NCBI GenBank assembly: GCA_965368225.1
Contig: CBDUMF010000001.1
Location: forward strand, 1 to 40,113
Direction: 5' to 3'
Length of the DNA stretch: 40,113 nt
Source: an uncultured Elusimicrobia bacterium
Lineage (GTDB): Bacteria > Elusimicrobiota > Elusimicrobia > Elusimicrobiales > UBA9959
Below the pieces are notes generated by a model that saw only the letters and a program-made list of their open reading frames with translations, ran no database searches and was not told where the DNA came from. The translations under genes and the position numbers were made by a program. Positions 27,102 through 34,737 of the stretch are shown piece after piece. Every line of letters begins with the position of its first letter. The first letter of the stretch is position 1.

Positions 27102-27368
27102 TCATTCTTCATCAAAATTTTTTTTAAATAATTTTTCTATTTCCTCAGCGGCTTTTTCGGCGTCCTTTCCTTCGCAAACAAGAATTATTTCGCTGCCTTT
27201 CGCCGCCCCCAATGTCAATATACCCATAATACTTTTTGCGTTTATTTCAGCGGAATCCTTGATTATTTTTATACTGCAGTCAAATTTGCCCGCAACATCC
27301 GCTATTAAACCGGCGGGACGAGCGTGCAGCCCCATTTCATTCAAAACCTTTATGACTTTTTTCACCAT
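27102..27368 (-). CDS. ptsH: phosphocarrier protein HPr
   Basis: His15 context GLHARPA and Ser46 context NAKSIMGIL. 88 aa from the internal Met; the longer ORF overlaps the EIID gene. Confidence 0.9.
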   Translation of the reverse strand: MVKKVIKVLNEMGLHARPAGLIADVAGKFDCSIKIIKDSAEINAKSIMGILTLGAAKGSEIILVCEGKDAEKAAEEIEKLFKKNFDEE

Positions 27369-28216
27369 AATACCCGCACACCAACTACCCTCAAAATTAA
27401 AACCGCAACAAAAGAAAATCCGAAAACCGCTCCCGTCACAGAAAGAAAAGTTCTTTTTCTTTTCAGGATGACGGGAGCCAAAGCAAAAGATGAAACAACC
27501 AGAAGCATTTTGAAAATCGCCCATGACGGCGGGAGGCTGGCAAAAGCGGCTTCAAAAACTTCCCAGCAGGAAAAAAGACTAATCAAAAAGCAAAGGACAA
27601 ACCCGGCAAAATTTAACCGCGATAACGTTTTATTCCAGTTCATCAAGTCAAGACCGCAGGAAACATTGCCAGCGCATTTATACCCGTAGCCGATTCCCTT
27701 CCATCTGAAATACAGGGAAACCGCAGCGAAAATAAACACAGAAAAAACAGGTCCACCCGCGACGAACAATTTAGAATTCGAAGAACCTGCGCCTAACCAG
27801 AAATAAAAACCAGACCCCAACCACATTAAAAGACAGACTATTGTCGTCAGCGGATATATCCTGCCCCATATAAGGCGGTCCCCGATGGAAGCGAAACTTG
27901 AAGCCAGCGCTTTTTTTATGGTTTTCAATCCCGCCTCCATTTTCTCCTTTCTGGCCGCGTCCTCCTCCGCAGAGAGCATTTCTTCCACACTGCACACATT
28001 TCCTATTATAAACCCCGACATGTGAGGTTGGGTGTTAAAAACCTCCAAATGCCTTAAAAAAGATTTTTTTAATTTGTCTTCATCGCCCCACACTCTTTCC
28101 AGCCAGTGAGAGACAACATAACAAAAACCTATATTTTGAAGCCCTTCAAAATTCCAGCCGCACTGGATAAAGAACGACCTGAAAAAAAGACAAATCCTAT
28201 TTTTTGTATCTATCAT
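27362..28216 (-). CDS. PTS mannose/fructose/sorbose family EIID component
   Basis: FFRSFFIQCGWNFEGLQNIGFCY matches the EIID N-terminal signature; hydrophobic C-terminal half. Confidence 0.8.
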   Translation of the reverse strand: MIDTKNRICLFFRSFFIQCGWNFEGLQNIGFCYVVSHWLERVWGDEDKLKKSFLRHLEVFNTQPHMSGFIIGNVCSVEEMLSAEEDAARKEKMEAGLKTIKKALASSFASIGDRLIWGRIYPLTTIVCLLMWLGSGFYFWLGAGSSNSKLFVAGGPVFSVFIFAAVSLYFRWKGIGYGYKCAGNVSCGLDLMNWNKTLSRLNFAGFVLCFLISLFSCWEVFEAAFASLPPSWAIFKMLLVVSSFALAPVILKRKRTFLSVTGAVFGFSFVAVLILRVVGVRVLW

Positions 28217-28817
28217 TTTTCACATACCCGGCAAATTTATGGAGAATGGCGCTGAGAGCTGCCCATAAAACCATAAAATGCGCCATTCTCAATATATCCC
28301 TGAAAAAAGCGAAACGCAGGAAAACGGCAAGCGCAAAGAAAAAGACGGAAAAAAACAGGACAAAACCGACAGCACTTATGTTCTCTTGCATCAAAGATTT
28401 CGCCATCCAGAAGTTTAACCTTATTTTTCCGTCGGAAACCTCGTTTTCAACAATCTTGCTCCACTCTCCCCGTATCTGCCTCAACTTCACGTCCAAACCG
28501 GCATATAAAAACCCGGAGAAAAAACCCGCAAAAAAAGCGAAAGGATAATACCTTCCGGCAAAAGCAAACACAAGAGCGGAAATCGTTCCGGCGACAGCCC
28601 CGTTCGGCGGCACATTCCCACCCAGAGGCAAAAAAGTGCTATAGCAAAGTTCTATTCCCAGGCCGAGGGACGCGCCCTCAATCGGAGAACCAACGAGCCA
28701 GCCGATTAAAAGCCCGACAAGGGAAGGACGCGAAAGCGAAACCTGCGCGAATTGTAAATTATCCAGAACCAGCAAACCGCATAAAAAACTTGAAACCAAA
28801 AGCAAATATAAATCCAT
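28197..28817 (-). CDS. PTS mannose family EIIC component (short, 206 aa)
   Basis: LDNLQFAQVSLSRP...G..LGLGIEL follows the ManY-type pattern (LDxxQFxRP...G..LE). Polytopic. Confidence 0.7.
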   Translation of the reverse strand: MDLYLLLVSSFLCGLLVLDNLQFAQVSLSRPSLVGLLIGWLVGSPIEGASLGLGIELCYSTFLPLGGNVPPNGAVAGTISALVFAFAGRYYPFAFFAGFFSGFLYAGLDVKLRQIRGEWSKIVENEVSDGKIRLNFWMAKSLMQENISAVGFVLFFSVFFFALAVFLRFAFFRDILRMAHFMVLWAALSAILHKFAGYVKNDRYKK

Positions 28818-28819
28818 TT

Positions 28820-29299
28820 TTAGCCTATTATTTTCATCAAGTCCACAGGCTCGTCGGTTGGAAGACCCTTGCCTTCTATTTTCACACCGTAACCGGAAAT
28901 TATTTTAAGGCAGGCTGCATCGTCTTCGCTCAGAAAAATAGCCTTGCCTATGGATTGTGTCTTTCCGGCGCTGTAATGCATACCTCCAATATTCAAAACA
29001 TTTATTTTAACTCCGTTTTCCAAAAGCTCCACCACCTCTTCCAGGCCCGGAACAAGAGCCATCACATTTTTCCCCTCGAATGTCCCTTCATTTATCCGCT
29101 CAGCAACTCTTTTGACAGTCATTATTTCCAGAGACACATTTGAAGGGGTGGCAAACCGCATTATGCTTTTTCTTGTTTCATCCTGCGATATCTCGTCAGA
29201 AGCAATCCATATTTCGTTTACCTTCAAATAAGGCAGCCAGGATTCAACCACCTGTCCATGCACCAGTCTATCATCCACACGCAGAAGTTTTAAGGGCAT
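28820..29299 (-). CDS. PTS mannose/sorbose family EIIB component
   Basis: LLRVDDRLVHGQV active-site His motif. I use the ATG at 29299, preceded by GGAGGA, rather than the TTG at 29317. Confidence 0.85.
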   Translation of the reverse strand: MPLKLLRVDDRLVHGQVVESWLPYLKVNEIWIASDEISQDETRKSIMRFATPSNVSLEIMTVKRVAERINEGTFEGKNVMALVPGLEEVVELLENGVKINVLNIGGMHYSAGKTQSIGKAIFLSEDDAACLKIISGYGVKIEGKGLPTDEPVDLMKIIG

Positions 29300-29320
29300 A
29301 AACCACTCCTCCAACAATCT

Positions 29321-29357
29321 AATGCTCTGTCCAATAACTATTTATTTGACAGAGCAC
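29321..29357. repeat. compact hairpin copy of the 19926/20181 inverted-repeat sequence
   Basis: AATGCTCTGTCCAATAA (16 nt shared with 19926-19941), then 9-bp stem TGCTCTGTC / GACAGAGCA with a 16-nt loop. It sits between the EIIA stop and the EIIB start. Confidence 0.6.
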
Positions 29358-29761
29358 TAATCTTCCAGAAGACTTTTTACTTCGCATATTGCCTTTTTCC
29401 CGTCGCTAATTACTTTTTCAATCAAATCTTCAAATCCATATTTTGAACGATTGAAAAAGGCTGAAATAACCATATTCAGGTTTACTCCGCAGACAGCCGC
29501 AGTCTTATCCAGATTCTGAAGTATGGGAACGGCTACGTTCATTGGCGTTCCTCCGGGCATATCAATAAAACATATGAGCCCTTCAGGACCGCGCATTTCC
29601 TCCACCGCTTCCTGCACTTTTTCATGAATCATTGGCAGGGACATACGGGGGGACACCGAAACACTTTTTATCCCCTCCTTTTGCTCTCCCACTATATTCT
29701 CTGCCGCCTCAATTAAATAGGCACCGAATTCCCCGTGAGTAATCACAATGATATTAATCAT
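29357..29761 (-). CDS. PTS mannose family EIIA component
   Basis: MINIIVITHGEFG (phosphorylatable His in THG), DMPGGTP. The start is set at the internal Met. Confidence 0.8.
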   Translation of the reverse strand: MINIIVITHGEFGAYLIEAAENIVGEQKEGIKSVSVSPRMSLPMIHEKVQEAVEEMRGPEGLICFIDMPGGTPMNVAVPILQNLDKTAAVCGVNLNMVISAFFNRSKYGFEDLIEKVISDGKKAICEVKSLLED

Positions 29762-29783
29762 AACCCGGCTCCTCTGAAAACCT

Positions 29784-30635
29784 TTATTTCCGCATATCTC
29801 TGTGGTATTCTGAAACCGAAAAACCACCCTTTTTAAGAGACTGTGCTATTTTATGTGCCGTGTAAACACTTCTGTGCCTGCCGCCGGTGCAGCCAATGGC
29901 TATGGTCAAATAGGATTTTCCTTCCCTGACATAAAAGGGAAGCAGGGATTTAACCTGACGAATGTAATCTGAAAGAAAACTTTTAAGAATGCTCTTTTTC
30001 TCAAGATAATTCTGAACCGACTTGTCCATACCGGTCTTTTTTTTCAGTTTGGGGACATAATTGGGATTGGGAAGAAATCTCACGTCCATAACTATATCGG
30101 CGTCAAGCGGCAGCCCGTACTTATAACCAAAGGATATAATGTTAAGCCGCATTTCCTTTGACTGCTTCAATTCGAGCGCGGACGAAACCATTTCCTTAAG
30201 TTCACCGAGGGTGAGTTTGGAGGTATCGATAACTCTGTCGGCTCTGGATTTAAGATCTGTTAAATTCTTTCTTTCTTCCCTTATGGCCGCCGAAATATTT
30301 TTGCCAAGAGGATGCCTGTGCCGAGTTTCGGAAAATCTTTGAAGAAGAACCTGGTCGGCGGCGTCGAGAAAAATTATTTTAAGGTCTATCCCCTTTTTTT
30401 CAAGAAACCTTATTGAATCTGCAAAATTCTTAAAGAAGCGTCCCTCTCTTATGTCCATCCCCAACGCTACACGGGAAAGATATCTTTTGGAATGAAGAAT
30501 ACCCGCAAAATGAGGGAAAAGATCCGCGGGAAGATTATCTATGCAATAATATCCAAAATCTTCAAAACATTTGAGCGCCTGGCTCTTGCCCGCCCCTGAC
30601 ATGCCTGTTATCACAAAAAATTTTACTTTCCTCAT
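29784..30635 (-). CDS. rapZ: RNase adapter / nucleotide-binding protein RapZ (YvcJ family)
   Basis: FVITGMSGAGKS Walker A, CIDNLP, and the C-terminal CTGGRHRSV motif. Confidence 0.9.
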   Translation of the reverse strand: MRKVKFFVITGMSGAGKSQALKCFEDFGYYCIDNLPADLFPHFAGILHSKRYLSRVALGMDIREGRFFKNFADSIRFLEKKGIDLKIIFLDAADQVLLQRFSETRHRHPLGKNISAAIREERKNLTDLKSRADRVIDTSKLTLGELKEMVSSALELKQSKEMRLNIISFGYKYGLPLDADIVMDVRFLPNPNYVPKLKKKTGMDKSVQNYLEKKSILKSFLSDYIRQVKSLLPFYVREGKSYLTIAIGCTGGRHRSVYTAHKIAQSLKKGGFSVSEYHRDMRK

Positions 30636-31591
30636 TTCCTGAATCTCATTTTCCGGATTAAATTCATATTAAGCCGCTGCCCGGCATTGTAGCCCTGATT
30701 TTTCAGGCGTTGATTGAGGGCTGCAACCTCAATAAGAATAGCAAGGTTTCTCCCCGGGGTAACGGGGATATTGAGAGACGGCACTGAAACATTGAGAATT
30801 TCCACAACTCTTGAATCCAGGCCCGTTCGGTCATATTGGGAAAAGCCCTTCTCGCTGTCATACTTATCCAGATAGACCTGCATTTCAACAATAGTCTGGT
30901 CGATAATCGCTCCGACTCCGAACAAAAGCTCTATGTCTATTATGCCAAGTCCCCTGACCTCCATATAATGCTGTATATTCTTTGGAGACCTTCCAAGCAG
31001 AACATAGCCCATCCTGCGTCTTATTTCCACTATATCGTCGGCAACAAAAATATGTCCCCTTTTCAAAAGTTCAAGCGCGCATTCGGATTTCCCTATGCCG
31101 GGCCTACCCTGAATAAGGACGCCCATTCCGTAAACATTGACGAGAACGCCGTGAAGACGGGTTATGGCTGCCAGATTATCGTCCAAAAACATGGTCAATT
31201 CCCTGATGAAAAAAGAGGTGTCCATGTTCGTAACCAGAAGAGGGATTTTTGTCTTCTTGGACGCCTCCTTGAATGCTTTCAGGGGTTTAAGCCCTCCCGT
31301 TATTATAACGCATGGCGTTTCCTCATTTGAGAGCATCTGAGAAAGATTGCTCAGAATTCTCTGATAGTTCTCCTTCTGGCAAAAGGCATACTCGCCTTGT
31401 CCTATAATCTGGATTCTTTCCGGTTTAAACTGTTCAAGATGACCGGTTATGGCAAGTCCGGGCCTGTTGATCTCGCTCACTGTTATGGGACGCGAAAGAT
31501 AGTGAGAACCGACAACAAGCTTAAGGCCCAGCATTTTACCCCTGGCTTTAAGTAAATCTTTAACAGTTACCGCTTTTTCCGTATGATTCAT
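30632..31591 (-). CDS. hprK: HPr kinase/phosphorylase
   Basis: GRPGIGKSECALELLKRGHIFVADD (P-loop plus signature), EVRGLGIIDI. Confidence 0.93.
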   Translation of the reverse strand: MNHTEKAVTVKDLLKARGKMLGLKLVVGSHYLSRPITVSEINRPGLAITGHLEQFKPERIQIIGQGEYAFCQKENYQRILSNLSQMLSNEETPCVIITGGLKPLKAFKEASKKTKIPLLVTNMDTSFFIRELTMFLDDNLAAITRLHGVLVNVYGMGVLIQGRPGIGKSECALELLKRGHIFVADDIVEIRRRMGYVLLGRSPKNIQHYMEVRGLGIIDIELLFGVGAIIDQTIVEMQVYLDKYDSEKGFSQYDRTGLDSRVVEILNVSVPSLNIPVTPGRNLAILIEVAALNQRLKNQGYNAGQRLNMNLIRKMRFRK

Positions 31592-32112
31592 TTTGACTTT
31601 ACCGGCTGAAGCAGGCCATATGTATTGTCCAGCCTTTTAAACACCACTTGCAGTTGTTTTGAAGTCTTATCCATAAAAAGCCAGAAATTATACCCCAACC
31701 TTTCCATCTCCATCACCGCCTCCTCCTTATGCATTGGCCTGATGGAAACATCTTTAACCACTGAAAAACGGGGGGGCGGAGCGATATAAGAGGTGTGTTG
31801 CGGCAGCTCGTAATCGGTCGCAACTCTGTGTTTCTTCATTTTCTCTTTGTATTTCTTAACCTGAATCTCGATTTTATCCATTACCCTGTCAATCGCGGAA
31901 TATAAATCTTCAGAAACAGCACCCGCTTTCATTGTTTGGCGACCGGCGTGAATCACAATCTCCGCCAGATGGGATCTTTTTTCCACCGTTACTATAACCT
32001 GCGCCCAGACAATATTGTCGGAATATCCTTTTAGTTTTTGAATCTTCGACTTTATAAACTCCTTAATCGCCTTGGTGAGTTTTATTTTACGGGCTACTAT
32101 GTGTATCCTCAT
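31588..32112 (-). CDS. hpf: ribosome hibernation promoting factor, long form
   Basis: An N-terminal sigma54-modulation/YfiA domain plus a C-terminal dimerisation domain (RPMHKEEAVMEMERLGYNFWLF). GGAGG lies 5 nt before the ATG at 32112. Confidence 0.9.
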   Translation of the reverse strand: MRIHIVARKIKLTKAIKEFIKSKIQKLKGYSDNIVWAQVIVTVEKRSHLAEIVIHAGRQTMKAGAVSEDLYSAIDRVMDKIEIQVKKYKEKMKKHRVATDYELPQHTSYIAPPPRFSVVKDVSIRPMHKEEAVMEMERLGYNFWLFMDKTSKQLQVVFKRLDNTYGLLQPVKSK

Positions 32113-32319
32113 GTTTCCCTCCATAACCCCGTCAAAGATTACCGTTCAAAACTTTCTACAAGATTTTTTTATCCTTAAGCATTAGAGAACCAACTGCCTG
32201 CGGGGTTTTTATACTTCACAAATGCGTATTTATAGTATTTAATCAATTTATATAACTTTATTTCAATGCCGCCCTGTTCAAGAGCAATGCAAAACACACA
32301 TTTTTGTTAAAATTGTTTT

Positions 32320-33048
32320 ATGCACGATTTGGTATTTAAAAACGTGTCAAAAACCTTTTCTCCGCCCTCCTGGCCCATAGGATTTACTAAAAAAAATTTG
32401 CTTAAAAAGAAGGTGATTAACAATTTGTCGCTGTCGGCGGCAAAAAACGTGATTATAGGCGTCGCCGGAAAAAACGGAAGCGGAAAAACTACTTTTCTCA
32501 AACTCATATGCGGCATCCTGATTCCGGATGAGGGAGAAATAAAGATATACGGAAAAAGCCCCCTGTCTCCGGAGGCAAAACTCAAAACAGGTTATCTTCT
32601 GTCCGAGCGCGGGATGTATTGGCGCCTTACCGCAAGAGAAAATCTTAACTTCTTTTCTAAAATTTACGGCACCGGCATACACGAAGAGAAACATCATATC
32701 CACAAGCTTCTTAAACTTTTAAACGTGGAACCTGCAACCTACGACAAAAGAATGGACCTGCTTTCAAGCGGCGAAAAGAAGAAATTCGCCATTATTAAGA
32801 TGCTCATGACCAATCCCTCAATAATCCTTCTGGACGAACCGGACAAAAATCTGGACGCTGAAACCCTGAAAAATTTCAACGCTCTACTAAAAAAAGAAAA
32901 ATCCGCAGGGAAAACAATATTTTATGTAAGCCATAATTTGCGCATGCTCAAAGAAATATCGGATGAAATAATTTTGCTCGAGTCCGGACGCGCCGCCGCC
33001 CACTTCAAAAACAAACGGGAATTTCCTTTTCTTGAGATTGAACGATGA
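32320..33048 (+). CDS. ABC transporter ATP-binding protein (ABC-2 exporter type)
   Basis: Walker A GKNGSGKTT, signature LSSGEKKK, Walker B ILLDEPD. Confidence 0.9.
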   Translation: MHDLVFKNVSKTFSPPSWPIGFTKKNLLKKKVINNLSLSAAKNVIIGVAGKNGSGKTTFLKLICGILIPDEGEIKIYGKSPLSPEAKLKTGYLLSERGMYWRLTARENLNFFSKIYGTGIHEEKHHIHKLLKLLNVEPATYDKRMDLLSSGEKKKFAIIKMLMTNPSIILLDEPDKNLDAETLKNFNALLKKEKSAGKTIFYVSHNLRMLKEISDEIILLESGRAAAHFKNKREFPFLEIER

Positions 33049-33860
33049 CGAAAAAACTAAAAATACTTATGGCATTCATGAGAAGAGACTTGCTCACGGA
33101 AGCGAGCTATAAATTCTCCTTTATGCTCGGCATTTTTTACCTCCTGATAAATTTGCTTATTTTCTATTTCATCGACAAGATGTTCGGTCACTCTCTTACA
33201 GCGCACACCAGTACATTCGGGGCATCCTATTTTTCGTATGTATTTTTGGGCATTATTCTCTTCAATTTTGTAGGTCCCGGCTTTTCCTCCCTCGCCTCCA
33301 AGATAAGAACCGAACAGTATCAGGGGACATTCGAATCGCTTATCGCTTCTCCTCTCTCTCCTTTTGAGTTGATAATCGGTCTAAGCGCCTGGAATCTGGC
33401 ATATTCTCTGGCGGAATTTGGAGCGTATGTCTTTATAGGCGCCCTCGTCTTCCGCATAGACTTTTCAAATATCAATGTGGTTTCATTCCTGGCAACTCTC
33501 ACCCTCTCAATACTTAACTTTATTGCGATAGGAATAATATCTTCGTGCTTTGTGGTAATATTCAAAAAAGGCAACCCTATAAATCTTTTGCTCACTCCCC
33601 TTGAGGGCATTCTGGGCGGCGTATACTTCCCGATAAGCGTGCTCCCCGCAGGATTCCAGAAAATCTCCATGATTCTGCCGATAACCTATTCAATAAAAGC
33701 CGCGCAATTAGCCGTGCATAAAAACGCAAGTTTGAGCCAGATAAAAACCGAACTTTTCATTTTAGCGGCGTTTGCCATTTTCCTACTACCGATCAGTCTA
33801 AAGATGTTTGAAAAGTCTGTAAAAGCGGCATCCAGAACCGGTCAGATCTCAAATTACTGA
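33045..33860 (+). CDS. ABC-2 type transporter permease
   Basis: 271 aa with six TM segments. ATGA overlap with the ATPase gene. Confidence 0.8.
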   Translation: MTKKLKILMAFMRRDLLTEASYKFSFMLGIFYLLINLLIFYFIDKMFGHSLTAHTSTFGASYFSYVFLGIILFNFVGPGFSSLASKIRTEQYQGTFESLIASPLSPFELIIGLSAWNLAYSLAEFGAYVFIGALVFRIDFSNINVVSFLATLTLSILNFIAIGIISSCFVVIFKKGNPINLLLTPLEGILGGVYFPISVLPAGFQKISMILPITYSIKAAQLAVHKNASLSQIKTELFILAAFAIFLLPISLKMFEKSVKAASRTGQISNY

Positions 33861-33861
33861 C

Positions 33862-34734
33862 ATGAACAAAGTTTCAATAAAAGCCCGCAATGTGCTCCTG
33901 TTAAGCGAAGTTGACAGGGTTTGCGGGAAGATTTACGGGAAAAACATTCAAATTGTCCTTCTGAAAGGAACAGCGCTCCTCAAGGAAGAAATTTTCGAAA
34001 TCGGCGAAAGAGAAATGAGCGACGTCGACATTCTTGTCAAACCTGAAGACTTAAAAGGGTTTGAAAAAATCCTTTCCGAACTTGGATTTAAACCCATGGA
34101 AAACAGTTCAAGTTCTTTTATCAGGAAAATGCCTGCGGGCGTTCCACCGCTCATAATTGATATTCACATTACCTTAAGGCATCTAACCGATATAAAGGAT
34201 TTTTGGCGAGAAGGAATCAAGCCCTGCACAAAAAATAAAAATATTTTTGTCCCGAAAGATGATGAAATGCTTCTCCATTTAATAGCGCATCCATTTCTGC
34301 ATCATGGCGTTTTCTCCGAAAAAAACAGGAAAGATGTGAAACAAGTGCTTATTAAGAAAAAACTTTTCAAGGAAAATTTCTGGAGGAGTCTCTCCGAAAA
34401 AGCAAGAGAGAGAAAGTTATGCTTCATGACTGTTGCGGTCTTAACTGCCTTAGAAAAAGAAATGCCGCAATTAAGCAGTTGCCTTTCCTTTTTTAAGCCG
34501 AAATTCAGCGAAACAATTCTTCTCCCATTTATAAAAACCGCCTTGAGAAAACACTTCAATCTAACAGAATACGCCATTCCTCTTTTTTACAATCCGAAAA
34601 AAACCTTGAAATATTTATGGCTGCCTGATGAACCTATGGAGAGACGTTACGGGAAAAAAGACATTAAAACAAGGTTAAACCGGCTACTTCAAATTCTTAA
34701 AAATATTTTTTCACGAAGGCGGGGTAACTTTTAG
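33862..34734 (+). CDS. uncharacterised nucleotidyltransferase-like protein (NTP_transf_5-like)
   Basis: VLLKGTAL...SDVDILV...LGF resembles the minimal nucleotidyltransferase fold motif of that family. Assigned by eye only. Confidence 0.45.
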   Translation: MNKVSIKARNVLLLSEVDRVCGKIYGKNIQIVLLKGTALLKEEIFEIGEREMSDVDILVKPEDLKGFEKILSELGFKPMENSSSSFIRKMPAGVPPLIIDIHITLRHLTDIKDFWREGIKPCTKNKNIFVPKDDEMLLHLIAHPFLHHGVFSEKNRKDVKQVLIKKKLFKENFWRSLSEKARERKLCFMTVAVLTALEKEMPQLSSCLSFFKPKFSETILLPFIKTALRKHFNLTEYAIPLFYNPKKTLKYLWLPDEPMERRYGKKDIKTRLNRLLQILKNIFSRRRGNF

Positions 34735-34737
34735 TTT

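Noticed and set aside
27369-27524. 140-aa version of the HPr ORF
   Set aside because: The extra 52 codons overlap the EIID coding region and are Cys/Phe-rich. The internal Met yields a standard 88-aa HPr.
29321-29340. Sigma54 -24/-12 promoter in the shared motif (minus-strand TTGGACAGAGCATTAG; also 20182-20198 and 19923-19939)
   Set aside because: The GG element is present, but the -12 position reads TTAG rather than TTGC, so the conserved GC is missing. A similar TGG..TGC candidate at about 32185-32200 upstream of hpf has GG-N9-GC spacing instead of N10.
32190-32215. Intrinsic terminator at CTGCCTGCGGGGTTTTTAT in the hpf/ABC divergent region
   Set aside because: The stem is only 3-4 bp. 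The region lies between two divergent gene starts, where a terminator has no obvious upstream gene to terminate.
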